Shown piece after piece: positions 30,108-39,576 of a DNA stretch of 64,000 nucleotides. Each line of letters starts with the position of its first letter. Positions within the stretch are counted from its first letter, which is position 1. The notes below the pieces were generated by a model. That model had not been told where the DNA came from and did no database searches. It saw only the letters and a list, made by a program, of their open reading frames with translations. The position numbers and the translations under genes are program-made. This stretch comes from Candidatus Daviesbacteria bacterium GW2011_GWA1_41_61 (lineage in GTDB: Bacteria; Patescibacteriota; Microgenomatia; Daviesbacterales; UBA10151). The DNA lies in contig LCBT01000003.1 of the NCBI GenBank assembly GCA_000997385.1, positions 64,892 through 128,891 of the forward strand, read 5' to 3'.

Positions 30108-30668
30108 ATGTTAAACGCTACAGATCTTCGAAACGGAGCTGTTTTTAAAGAAGATAACCAGATCCTCCAGGTGGTAAATTATGAACATATTAAGATGGGA
30201 CGGGGCAGCGGAACCATCAAGGTGAAGGTAAGAAATTTAAAAACAGGCTCAACTACAGAAAAATCATTTATCACCGGAGCCAGGGTGGAAGAAGCTGATG
30301 TGGAAAAAAGGAAAGCCCAGTTTTTATATATGGATAAGGGAGTTTATTACTTTATGGATTCTATAAGCTTTGAGCAGTTTCCCTTAAGTAAGGATATATT
30401 AGGTGAACAGGTAAGGTTTCTCAAAGAAGGTTTGGAAGTAGTGATTATTGTTTCAGAAGACCAAGCTTTAACCCTGGAGCTTCCCAATAGCCTGATATAT
30501 GAGATTAAAGATACCGGACCTGCTGAAAAAGGCAATACTGTTTCCAATGTTTTTAAATCAGCCACTTTGGAAAATGGTTTAGAGGTCAAAGTTCCGATGT
30601 TTGCCAAAGTTGGGGACAAAGTTAAGGTTGATACCAGAACAGGGCAATATATAGAAAGAGTCAAGTAA
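30108..30668 (+). CDS. efp: elongation factor P
   Basis: HIKMGRG, KGNT, VPMF and VDTRTGQY motifs. Confidence 0.95.
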   Translation: MLNATDLRNGAVFKEDNQILQVVNYEHIKMGRGSGTIKVKVRNLKTGSTTEKSFITGARVEEADVEKRKAQFLYMDKGVYYFMDSISFEQFPLSKDILGEQVRFLKEGLEVVIIVSEDQALTLELPNSLIYEIKDTGPAEKGNTVSNVFKSATLENGLEVKVPMFAKVGDKVKVDTRTGQYIERVK

Positions 30669-30682
30669 ATAATTTCTAGTGG

Positions 30683-31123
30683 CTAGAGTTTAGAGACTAG
30701 GAAAATAATGACCGCTACAGTTACTATCTGAGTTAAAATTCCCCATTTGGGTCCGGTTCTTCCCTGCATCCGGTGTTGTATTTGATAAGCCCAATAAAAA
30801 GGAGGAATCTTCCGTTTTAAAAACCAATAAGGAGCTTCCAAGAAATCCCACATAATGGAAGCTAAGATACAGGCTGCAAAATATCTTGGTTCCACCCCTT
30901 GGCTAAATAAGGCAGTGGTTAGGGTAACCCCGACGATGACATCTAAAGAGCTTTCAATAAACAGTTTGGTTTTGGGTTTATCCCGCCATCCCCGGGCAAA
31001 ATCCCAGTGGGGAATAACATCTACCAGGGGATGAGAAACAGCTGCCAAGGTGACTCCCAGGAGAGGATTAGAGACAGAAGCAGCAACAACTCCTCCGATT
31101 AAAGCATGCGCAGTAGCAACCAT
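30683..31123 (-). CDS. membrane protein (metal-dependent hydrolase-like)
   Basis: H..IGG and SH...D.IPHWD motifs; hydrophobic. Confidence 0.6.
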   Translation of the reverse strand: MVATAHALIGGVVAASVSNPLLGVTLAAVSHPLVDVIPHWDFARGWRDKPKTKLFIESSLDVIVGVTLTTALFSQGVEPRYFAACILASIMWDFLEAPYWFLKRKIPPFYWAYQIQHRMQGRTGPKWGILTQIVTVAVIIFLVSKL

Positions 31124-31197
31124 ATAGGTATAAGTGACGCCAACCATCAGTATAACAATAAAAGGAAGATTTAGTCAAAATTTGGTATTATAAATAT

Positions 31198-32139
31198 ATG
31201 TTACCGGTAATTTTTTCAGTAGGGACTCTTTCCATCTCCTCATTTGGAGTCTTTTTGGGATTGGCTTTTTTAGCCGCCATTTACGTCTGTTGGAAAATGG
31301 CCCGTCTTTATGAAATTGATGAAGAGAGGATCTTAGATTTGGGGATCCTGGCCTTTTTTGGGGGGATGATCGGTGCCAGGCTTTATTTTGTTTTAACTCA
31401 CCTTGCTTTGTTTGATAATCTGCAAAAGATTGTTCTTATCAGCCGTTATCCCGGGCTCTCTTTATGGGGAGGGCTGACGGGAGGGATTTTGGCCTTATGG
31501 TTTTTTTCCTCCCGCAGCAAATTAAATTTTTGGCAACTGGCTGATTTTGCTGCAGCAGGTCTGCTTTTGGCTTTAAGCTTGGGGGATTTGGGCTGTCTTT
31601 TAGGAGGCTGTTATTATGGCCAAGTATCCGGCTCTTTTTTGGCCACTTCAGTAGCGGGGGTGATCGGGAAAAGATTTCCTCTGGCTGCCTTAGAGAGCCT
31701 GACTCTATTATTAGCTTACTTTTGGGTGGGGAAACAGGTGGTAAGATATCACTTTGCTGGAAAAATAATCGCTGTAGTGTTGTTAATTTTAGGGTCAGTA
31801 AAATTTATTTTTGAATTCTTTAGAGGAGATGCGATTTATCTTGCTTCCATCGGCATTTCTGAGGGACATTTGTGGTCAATTGGATCTTTGGCGGTTGGCC
31901 TGGCCATCTTTTATAACCGTTCTAAAAGGTCATTTTTTGATGACAGTGCTGCTTTGGTTAACCTGCCTTTTTCTCCCAAGAAACGTAAAGCCGTGCTGTT
32001 GTATCTTCGGAAAAACTGGTATAATTTTGTAGTAGACTGGAGAATTAAAGGGGCAAAATTAGGAGAGTTTCTAAAGCTTGCTCCCAAGAATTTAAAAAGG
32101 AGACTGAATGTTAAATCTACCCCAAAAAACCTTAGCTAA
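31198..32139 (+). CDS. lgt: prolipoprotein diacylglyceryl transferase-like
   Basis: IGARLYFV, GLSLWGG, LGCLLGGC..G and EFFRGD motifs. Confidence 0.8.
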   Translation: MLPVIFSVGTLSISSFGVFLGLAFLAAIYVCWKMARLYEIDEERILDLGILAFFGGMIGARLYFVLTHLALFDNLQKIVLISRYPGLSLWGGLTGGILALWFFSSRSKLNFWQLADFAAAGLLLALSLGDLGCLLGGCYYGQVSGSFLATSVAGVIGKRFPLAALESLTLLLAYFWVGKQVVRYHFAGKIIAVVLLILGSVKFIFEFFRGDAIYLASIGISEGHLWSIGSLAVGLAIFYNRSKRSFFDDSAALVNLPFSPKKRKAVLLYLRKNWYNFVVDWRIKGAKLGEFLKLAPKNLKRRLNVKSTPKNLS

Positions 32140-32479
32140 AGTTCGAGATTTACTGCTTCGAAGACAGAAAGAAGTGGATCAGCAACTGAAGAGCCTGGAA
32201 AAAAGTGATCCGGTGCTCTTAGACGGAGTAGCTGAGGCTTCAGAGTCAGGCACAGAATCATGGCTGGCGGATACTCATCGAAGGCTGACGGCGGTTAAAA
32301 ATGATCTGCTGGATTTTTCCTCCAGGATTACCTCCTCCCTTTTAAGAATTAAAAAGGGCACTTATGGAAAGTGTGAGAGGTGTAAAATTGCTATTGAAAC
32401 TGAAAGGTTAAAAGTGATGCCCATGGCTACTTTGTGCCTTGCCTGCTCCCAGAAATTCGTTAACAGCAAGAAAAGATAA
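32108..32479 (+). CDS. TraR/DksA C4 zinc-finger protein
   Basis: GTYGKCERC...ERL...P...LCLAC. Confidence 0.88.
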   Translation: MLNLPQKTLAKVRDLLLRRQKEVDQQLKSLEKSDPVLLDGVAEASESGTESWLADTHRRLTAVKNDLLDFSSRITSSLLRIKKGTYGKCERCKIAIETERLKVMPMATLCLACSQKFVNSKKR

Positions 32480-32538
32480 GCTGCCAATCTTAAGATCCAC
32501 TTTACAGAAGTGGTGATTAGTGTTATACAATCTAGTAT

Positions 32539-32952
32539 ATGGCTATGTTTACTTCAACACCTACTTCTTCCCCGGGAAAGATTTTAATTGTCGACGATGA
32601 TGATGATATCAGAAATATCTACAAAGATTATTTAACTGCCAATGGGTTTAAGGTCGAGCTGGCAACAAATGGTCAGGAAGGACTGTCCAAGATTCTTCAA
32701 GGAGGATATGATCTGATACTTTTAGATATTATGATGCCCAAAATAGATGGGTTGGGGATTTTAAGAAGGTTAAAGGAAAAACCTTTAAATCAAAATGTTT
32801 ACAATGGTCCCATTGTGGTTTTATCAGCCTTAAGGCAGGATGAAGTTTACAATGAAGCTTTAAGGTTAGGGGCCAAGGGCTATATTGTTAAATCAGACAT
32901 TACCCCCAAAGATCTATTAGATAAAGTAGTAGAGCTCCTCAAAAAACCCTAA
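32539..32952 (+). CDS. single-domain response regulator
   Basis: ILIVDDD, LLDIMMP and GAKGYIVK motifs. Confidence 0.92.
   Translation: MAMFTSTPTSSPGKILIVDDDDDIRNIYKDYLTANGFKVELATNGQEGLSKILQGGYDLILLDIMMPKIDGLGILRRLKEKPLNQNVYNGPIVVLSALRQDEVYNEALRLGAKGYIVKSDITPKDLLDKVVELLKKP
32854..32952 (+). repeat. exact 99-bp direct repeat, copy 1 (copy 2 at 37065-37163)
   Basis: Base-for-base identical; flanking bases differ. Confidence 0.92.
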
Positions 32953-32983
32953 AACAATTCCTAACTCTTTTCGAGTCGTACAA

Positions 32984-34357
32984 TTATTGTGGAATAAATT
33001 TTGCACCCAGTTTTTTAGAGTACTCTTTAGCTTGTTCTCTGTTTCCATCTCCAACATAGACATTTACTCTTTTGCCCTCTCTCCTTAATTCTTCAGATGA
33101 GGAAAATAGCTTTATTATTTGCTTAGTGGTTTTGGGATTTGAGTGCAAAACACTGTCAACACCATTTTTGTCAGTCCAGTAATTCACAGAGAACTGTTTC
33201 TCTTTTGATTTGTTTAGTAAATTAAAAAACTCACTAACTCTTTCAAGTCCATATGCAAATCCAACGGCAGGAATTTGATATTCTTTCCCAGCTAAAAATT
33301 TGCTAACCAACTTATTGTACCTACCACCTCCAGCTACCTCCACGAAAACTTCTTTTCCAAATTTAAGATCAATTTCATATACTATTTCTGTATAATACTC
33401 ATGGCTTCTAATAACTGAGGGGTCTATGACACATTTTATACCTCGAGCCTGCAGAACCGAGGCAATGATATTTAAGTCGTTAACAGGTTTACTGTAACCA
33501 AGCAATTTTTCTGTTTGTTGGTCTAAAACGGTAACAAAAGTATTGCATACGATCTCCCACTTTTTCATTAGTTGATTAGAAGTATCAGTCCTTTTTATAA
33601 TTTCTATTACCTTATCAATCTCGGGTTGAAGTCTCTCCGGCTGTTTTCCTGCACGAGATTCGGCAATAGTGTCCAAACTGTTTTTAAGAACTAACCGTGT
33701 CCGTTCATCTATCTGTGATTCATCGCACAATAAATTAAAAAGTTCGACGCTACCTATTCGGACAGTAATTAATTCTCCAGGGACATTTATTGCTATAAAA
33801 CCTTCATAAAGTAAGAAAAGAATTTCTATATCCGAAAGCAGATTTGAAGTTCCTAGTATTTCGACCCCCACCTGGTTAAATTCTCTATTTTTCGTAACAG
33901 AAAGTTTAGAAATCAGTTCGTTTCTGAAACAAGGTGTTATATAGAAAACTTTGATTGGGAAAAAGTTTTTAACCTTCTTGTTTGTCGCAAGAACTTTAGC
34001 AAGCCACCGAGAAACAGAAATAGTTCCTTCCGGTATGAGGAGAGATGGAACCTGTTCAGGAATGATATTATAAGATTCATTGTAATCCTGAATATGCAAA
34101 TGAAACACCCCTCGCTTGTCCCATTCTGGCCACGGAGAACCACCGATCACTTGTTCACTAAAACTACTAGCTCTTTCGACTAGAGGGAAAACTATTTGCT
34201 CATAACTCCATTTTTGGAAAACCTCAGAGATTTTATGGGCAATAAAGTTTTTAACTCTCACCTCTTGTCCTACAATATCTCTAAAACCCCTTAACGGTTC
34301 ACGAATATTCTCGTCTTTAAATCGCTTATTCAACTTGATCCTATAGGCAGAATTCAC
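32984..34357 (-). CDS. divergent HisRS/HisZ-like class II aaRS paralog
   Basis: LRGFRD, PEGT, FRNE...REFNQVGVE, IRSHEYYT, GGGRYN and PAVGFAYGLER motifs. Confidence 0.8.
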   Translation of the reverse strand: MNSAYRIKLNKRFKDENIREPLRGFRDIVGQEVRVKNFIAHKISEVFQKWSYEQIVFPLVERASSFSEQVIGGSPWPEWDKRGVFHLHIQDYNESYNIIPEQVPSLLIPEGTISVSRWLAKVLATNKKVKNFFPIKVFYITPCFRNELISKLSVTKNREFNQVGVEILGTSNLLSDIEILFLLYEGFIAINVPGELITVRIGSVELFNLLCDESQIDERTRLVLKNSLDTIAESRAGKQPERLQPEIDKVIEIIKRTDTSNQLMKKWEIVCNTFVTVLDQQTEKLLGYSKPVNDLNIIASVLQARGIKCVIDPSVIRSHEYYTEIVYEIDLKFGKEVFVEVAGGGRYNKLVSKFLAGKEYQIPAVGFAYGLERVSEFFNLLNKSKEKQFSVNYWTDKNGVDSVLHSNPKTTKQIIKLFSSSEELRREGKRVNVYVGDGNREQAKEYSKKLGAKFIPQ

Positions 34358-34426
34358 ATAGACAGCAGGCTCTTAACATGATATAGTAGGTCTCATTAAT
34401 AATCAATAAAGGAAAGTGATGAACTT

Positions 34427-35827
34427 ATGCATGAAAGAAAAGACGATATGAAAAGAAGATCAGATATACTTACCCCAGATGTATTAAGAAGGAAAGGGGT
34501 TATGAAGGGTTTTGAATACCTAACTCCCGAAAGGCGCGGGGCTGTTAGAGAGATGGAAAATAGATTCAAAATGGTAACTGAATCTTTTGGATTCAGAGAA
34601 GTAGAAGGACCATTACTCCAACCAATTGAATTCTATCAAGTCAAGTCAGGAGAAGAACTGTTAGCCCACACATATACCTTCGAAGATACAGATGGAAGTT
34701 TACTTGTTCTTAGGCCAGAACTTACTCCCACTGTCGCTTATATGATTGCAAAAGACGATGCCAGATTAAGCTTCCCTCTTAAGTGGTGGTCTAATCCTGA
34801 CTTATTTAGAAAAGAAAAACCTCAAAAAGGTAGAAAAAGGCAATTTAAACAGCTAAATGTTGACATTTTTGACCGTGCAGATTCGGGTAGAGATCGGTCT
34901 TTTGACGATGCCGAAGTTATTGCAGTGGCAATTTCCATATTTGAGTCCTTCGACCTAACAGAAAACGATATAGTGATGAGAATAAATAGCAGATCATTGG
35001 TTGAAAGACTGTTCGATATAGTAGATCTTGACAAGAATCGTAGATTTGACCTTTTATCTCTTATAGACAAATCAGCTAAAATTTCAGCTGAGGAATTTGG
35101 GACCAAAGTCGAAGAGATTGTTCCCCAAAAATTTTCTCGAGAGCTTTTGCAAAGATGGCTGTCAATAAAAAGTCTTGAGGAAGTTGCTGATAATAAACAG
35201 CTTAGTCCTCTAAGTCAGTCAAAAGAATATAAAGATCTAGCTAAGGTTTTTGAATTAATGAAGGCGTATGGGGTGTCAGAATACTGCGAGTTTTCTCCTT
35301 ATATCGTCAGAGGTCTTGGTTACTATACAGGATCAGTATTCGAAACATTTGATAGAAAACCAGAACATGGTTTTAGAAGAGCACTTATGGGTGGAGGAAG
35401 ATATGATAATCTTACGAAAGATGTAGGAGGAAGACTTGATATTACAGGGGTTGGTTTCGGGTTTGGAAATGTGCCTCTTGAAGAGATTCTATTATCGAGA
35501 AATATAGAGATTGTTCCCTCTGAATCTCGTGCAGATTATTGTATCGTTACACAGTCTGCCAACCAGCGAATCGATGCTATCACTCTTTCACAGAGATTAA
35601 GAAAGCAGGGTAAAAAAGTGATCTTGGATGATTCCATTTCTAAAGAGAAACCAGACAAGGTCTCAAAACAACTTTCTCGAGCCAATCAACTAAATTCTAA
35701 GTATTCTCTAATCATTTTTCCTGAAGAGTGGCAAGATAAAAAGGTGGTCATTAAAGATATGCAAAACGGAGAACAACAAATTATCGATATTAGTTCTTTA
35801 CTTGAAACCCAACCTAAATCTGACTAA
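34427..35827 (+). CDS. hisS: second histidine--tRNA ligase
   Basis: LRPELTP, RKEKPQKGRKRQFKQ, VRGLGYYTG, GGGRYD, anticodon-binding domain. Confidence 0.85.
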   Translation: MHERKDDMKRRSDILTPDVLRRKGVMKGFEYLTPERRGAVREMENRFKMVTESFGFREVEGPLLQPIEFYQVKSGEELLAHTYTFEDTDGSLLVLRPELTPTVAYMIAKDDARLSFPLKWWSNPDLFRKEKPQKGRKRQFKQLNVDIFDRADSGRDRSFDDAEVIAVAISIFESFDLTENDIVMRINSRSLVERLFDIVDLDKNRRFDLLSLIDKSAKISAEEFGTKVEEIVPQKFSRELLQRWLSIKSLEEVADNKQLSPLSQSKEYKDLAKVFELMKAYGVSEYCEFSPYIVRGLGYYTGSVFETFDRKPEHGFRRALMGGGRYDNLTKDVGGRLDITGVGFGFGNVPLEEILLSRNIEIVPSESRADYCIVTQSANQRIDAITLSQRLRKQGKKVILDDSISKEKPDKVSKQLSRANQLNSKYSLIIFPEEWQDKKVVIKDMQNGEQQIIDISSLLETQPKSD

Positions 35828-36856
35828 GTCATCTAAATACTCCCAAGAGTTAAAATTAATATCTTTCTTGTTTTTTTCTAAAATACCTAACGCCTGTATA
35901 CCCCTTTCTTTAAGCATTTTCTCACAATAAGAACGAGCACCAACCTTGGTAATTATTTCTCTTATAAGACTTGCTTCTTTTTGAGTCAAATCCGGCTTAC
36001 CTATATAATTTTTTAATATATTTTTTTCATCTTTATTAGCAAGCTCATAGCCTTTAACAACCAACAGGCTTTTAACCCCCATTCGCAAATCAACAATATT
36101 TGATTTCCCCGTAACCTTCTCGTTACCAAATACACCTTCTAAGTCGTCTTTCAATTGCGAAGCTGCACCCACAAGACGAGCGTATCTATTAAGACTGTTC
36201 ATAAGTTTTTGTGGAAGTCCTCCTAGAATAGCACCAACAGTGAGTGGTAATGAGTAGCAATATAGGGCCGCTTTATTTGTATACATCTCCCAAACCTGTT
36301 CATTTTTCATTTTTCCAAGTTCCCTCATTACAAAATCGAGGTCTGTCACCTGACCAATATTAGTTAGCTCATTAGTTTTAGATATAATGTTTAATGCTTC
36401 GATTTTTCTTTTTTGGGGATACGGAGAGTTCAGTATCATTTCAATTGCCCAAGACCACAGGAAGTCGCCAGCCAAAATAGCCAAATCATTGCCCATCTTC
36501 TCACTCTTGTTGAATTTTCTACTTTGAATATGAATAGTTGGTACATCGTTTTTGATATCATCCTGATCAATAATGTCATCATGAATAGCTAAATATTTGG
36601 TGAAAAAAGTTGTAAAGATTGAAGTATTAATTATGTTCTCTGTGATTTTATTCCCGGCAGCCATATATCCTACCAAAACTAGGGCAGGTCGGGGTTGTGT
36701 AATTTCTGCCAAGGTATATTTCCTAAGGAATTTAATTATTTCGGGTGTAATACCAAATTTTTTCCCTTGATATTGTTCTAGCTTGTGGTTGAAATAGGAC
36801 TCTAAAGCAATTCTAACTTGTGGACTATACTTTTCAATCACTTCCTTTACTTTCAT
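35798..36856 (-). CDS. polyprenyl synthetase family protein
   Basis: HDDIIDQD (FARM), AILAGD, GQVTD, K.A.Y and QLKDD motifs. Confidence 0.88.
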   Translation of the reverse strand: MKVKEVIEKYSPQVRIALESYFNHKLEQYQGKKFGITPEIIKFLRKYTLAEITQPRPALVLVGYMAAGNKITENIINTSIFTTFFTKYLAIHDDIIDQDDIKNDVPTIHIQSRKFNKSEKMGNDLAILAGDFLWSWAIEMILNSPYPQKRKIEALNIISKTNELTNIGQVTDLDFVMRELGKMKNEQVWEMYTNKAALYCYSLPLTVGAILGGLPQKLMNSLNRYARLVGAASQLKDDLEGVFGNEKVTGKSNIVDLRMGVKSLLVVKGYELANKDEKNILKNYIGKPDLTQKEASLIREIITKVGARSYCEKMLKERGIQALGILEKNKKDINFNSWEYLDDLVRFRLGFK

Positions 36857-37064
36857 GGACCCATTTTACATTATAGTGGTGAAAATATAAATATTAGAGG
36901 TTTTATTTAAAGACTAATTAACCTCATCAAAAACAGTACTGCTCCAATTTTGTGTCAAGCGCCCCTTTTTATACTGATTTTGCAAACGAGAAGTGGTTAA
37001 AAATGTAGCCTAAATTGAGCTGGAGATTTTTTAAGGTGTTACGGTATGATCTATTTAGATTGAA

Positions 37065-37163
37065 GAAGCTTTAAGGTTAGGGGCCAAGGGCTATATTGTT
37101 AAATCAGACATTACCCCCAAAGATCTATTAGATAAAGTAGTAGAGCTCCTCAAAAAACCCTAA
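37065..37163 (+). repeat. exact 99-bp copy of the response regulator 3' end
   Basis: Identical to 32854-32952. Confidence 0.92.
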
Positions 37164-37354
37164 GTTTACGTAGAGGCAGAAGATGTAATTTGTGCCAGTA
37201 TTTTTTCACCTCGGAGAGCTTAATTTTATGGTTGTCTCCTGGACCATAATTTATCATCCGCTCCAGTAGGAGTATTCTGCCTGCTTCACTTTTTTGCAGT
37301 TTTTTTTGGGTCGTAGTCCCAGACAAACATACTTCAACTATTATACAACATAGT

Positions 37355-37843
37355 TTAAGTATTAATCCTTATTCCAATCCTTATAAATAAATATCTTATT
37401 ACAACTGTTGGGTGTTTAAAAAATTCGTTAAAAATAACCTTTTTACTGATAGGGGGAACCTCTTTTTTGATAATTTGTTTATCTTGAGAGCGGGTGTCGT
37501 TAAGCAGTGTTAAGAGCTGTGGATCATGTAGTTTAGGGAGATTATTTGGGTAAAAGAAGGCCACGTCTTTTGATTCATTACTTGTTTGGGCAGATCCTGA
37601 GATAATTTGGCATTCAAAAAGATGATTAATCCTTTTAGAATTGTGATAACAATATTCCCCAACCTTTCTTTTTACTTTAGTTTGAAAACCGGATTCTTCC
37701 CAAACTTCTCTGACTACAGCTTGCTGGGGAGATTCTGATTTTTCTATCCTTCCTCCGGGTAAGACCCAAATAGGCACATCACGTCTTTTTACCATCAGGA
37801 CCTTTTTATCTTTATCAAAAACTATACCTATAGCTCCATCCAT
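37355..37843 (-). CDS. NUDIX hydrolase
   Basis: LPGGRIEKSESPQQAVVREVWEESG Nudix box. Confidence 0.9.
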   Translation of the reverse strand: MDGAIGIVFDKDKKVLMVKRRDVPIWVLPGGRIEKSESPQQAVVREVWEESGFQTKVKRKVGEYCYHNSKRINHLFECQIISGSAQTSNESKDVAFFYPNNLPKLHDPQLLTLLNDTRSQDKQIIKKEVPPISKKVIFNEFFKHPTVVIRYLFIRIGIRINT

Positions 37844-37857
37844 ATTATTATATCCCT

Positions 37858-38365
37858 ATGGACTTAAAGTCTTTCCAAATAGCCCAAGATTACCTAGGGA
37901 AAACAGTTAAAGTTAAAATAGATAGGCCTTTAGGGAGTAAACATCCTAAATGGGGTTTTTGAATATCCTTTAAACTATGGTTTTATTGAAGGAGTTTTAG
38001 CCCCAGATGGGGAAGAGTTTGATGTTTATGTTTTAAAAGTTAAGAAACATTTAGAGGAATTTACAGGAAAAGTGGTGGCTATAGTTCACCGTTTAGAAGA
38101 TGATGATGACAAGTTAGTGGTAATTCCAGAAGATTTAGATATCAAAGATACAGAGATAGAGAAAAGGTGGATTTTCAGGAAAAATGGACAAGTATACTTT
38201 GAATTTATTGATTATTATAAACCAACAAAGTTAAATTTAATTGAAATAGAAGGTCCAAATAATAAAATTATACAAACTTTAATTGATGAATTAGGGGATG
38301 AGGTTAAAGTTGTAGGTGAGGAAATTTTTTCTGTATTTGACAAGAAGAGGCTCAAAAAACCTTAA
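37858..38365 (+). pseudogene. ppa: frameshifted family I inorganic pyrophosphatase followed by an unrelated (CYTH-like) gene tail
   Basis: IDRPLGSKHP / YPLNYGFI...DGEEFDVY...DDDDKLV in different frames; second shift near 38165; tail with IEIEG. Confidence 0.7.
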
Positions 38366-38394
38366 GATATTAACTGCTATAATGCCTTCAGGAT

Positions 38395-39369
38395 ATGTTT
38401 ATGGCAGAAAGTTCCTACAAAAAATTATTAGAAGTTTCCAGGATAGTTGGGTTACCGATAAAAAAGATTCTGGATATTCTCTATTATCTTGGCAGTGGTA
38501 AGAGGATATTAAATAACAACTTATTGCAAACAGTAGGAGTGTCTAGAAATGTTTTAAATCAGGTTAAACAACAGCTAGAAGAATTTTTTATCCAGAAGAG
38601 CCAATTTACTGTGTTATCTAATCAAGCTACTACTATAGCTAAAAAAATATTAGGGGAAAGTTATACCCCGGAAGAGAAATTGATAAACATATCTTTAGCT
38701 AAAAATACTCAGCTTTTATCACTCATATCCCATTCTCAACCTCAGCCTATCAGGGGATATGATCAATTCTTAGCCGATTCTGAGACGGTGGTTAAAAGAG
38801 CTGCTTTAATGGATTTTTTTGCTGATATTGAAGGGAAAAGAATCCTGTTTTTAGGAGATGATGATTTTACCTCTGTTGCTATTGCTTTTTATAGAAAAGC
38901 TCAGACAATTACTGTAGTAGATATCGATAAGAAAATTTTAGATGGTATTCAAGAAATTTCAGACAGCTCATCTTATCAAATTACGACCAAGCCGTATGAT
39001 GCTAGAGAAAAATTATCTCCAGAGTTGTCAGGAAAATATGACATTGTTTTTACTGATCCTCCTTATACGAGAGAAGGTATAAGCCTATTTTTATCTCGGG
39101 CTGTGCAGGCTTTAGATCCTACTAATCAGGCTGGGAGGATTTATTTTTGTTATGGTAACAGTGACAGAGCTAAGGAAAGATATTTACCCATTTATGAAGT
39201 TATTATTTCTTCAGGACTGATGATCAGATGGGTTTTTGATAAATTCAACCGTTACAGTGGGGCAGAGTCCATAGGCAGTGCCAGCAGTTTATTTATTTGT
39301 GATGTTACCCCCAAGACAAAACCAAAAATTACAGGAGAATATAAAGGAAATATTTATACAGAAAGGTAA
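38395..39369 (+). CDS. branched-chain polyamine synthase-like (BpsA/DUF43) protein
   Basis: YDQF, FLGDDDFTS, VDID, FTDPPYT and FNRY motifs. Confidence 0.8.
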   Translation: MFMAESSYKKLLEVSRIVGLPIKKILDILYYLGSGKRILNNNLLQTVGVSRNVLNQVKQQLEEFFIQKSQFTVLSNQATTIAKKILGESYTPEEKLINISLAKNTQLLSLISHSQPQPIRGYDQFLADSETVVKRAALMDFFADIEGKRILFLGDDDFTSVAIAFYRKAQTITVVDIDKKILDGIQEISDSSSYQITTKPYDAREKLSPELSGKYDIVFTDPPYTREGISLFLSRAVQALDPTNQAGRIYFCYGNSDRAKERYLPIYEVIISSGLMIRWVFDKFNRYSGAESIGSASSLFICDVTPKTKPKITGEYKGNIYTER

Positions 39370-39371
39370 TG

Positions 39372-39470
39372 CTTTTTTAAAGATCTGATTTCTTGAAGTG
39401 TACCATACATTAATACTTGGTGGACAGTATCCGGTGATCTAATATCTGCTGTGGTTGAATACCACATACG
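39372..39470. repeat. exact 99-bp copy of 51823-51921 (antitoxin gene fragment)
   Basis: Base-for-base identity; flanking bases differ. Confidence 0.9.
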
Positions 39471-39500
39471 CAGGTGGTTTTGTACCTCACAGCAGAGTAG
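39471..39500 (+). repeat. orphan 3' tail of the XRE/MmyB regulator gene (copy A)
   Basis: CAGGTGGTTTTGTACCTCACAGCAGAGTAG = QVVLYLTAE*. Confidence 0.85.
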
Positions 39501-39576
39501 GATCTAAAATATACATCTGTTAAGTATCCGATAGTGATATGTTGACAACTGATGTAGAATAAACTTATCTTAAGAT

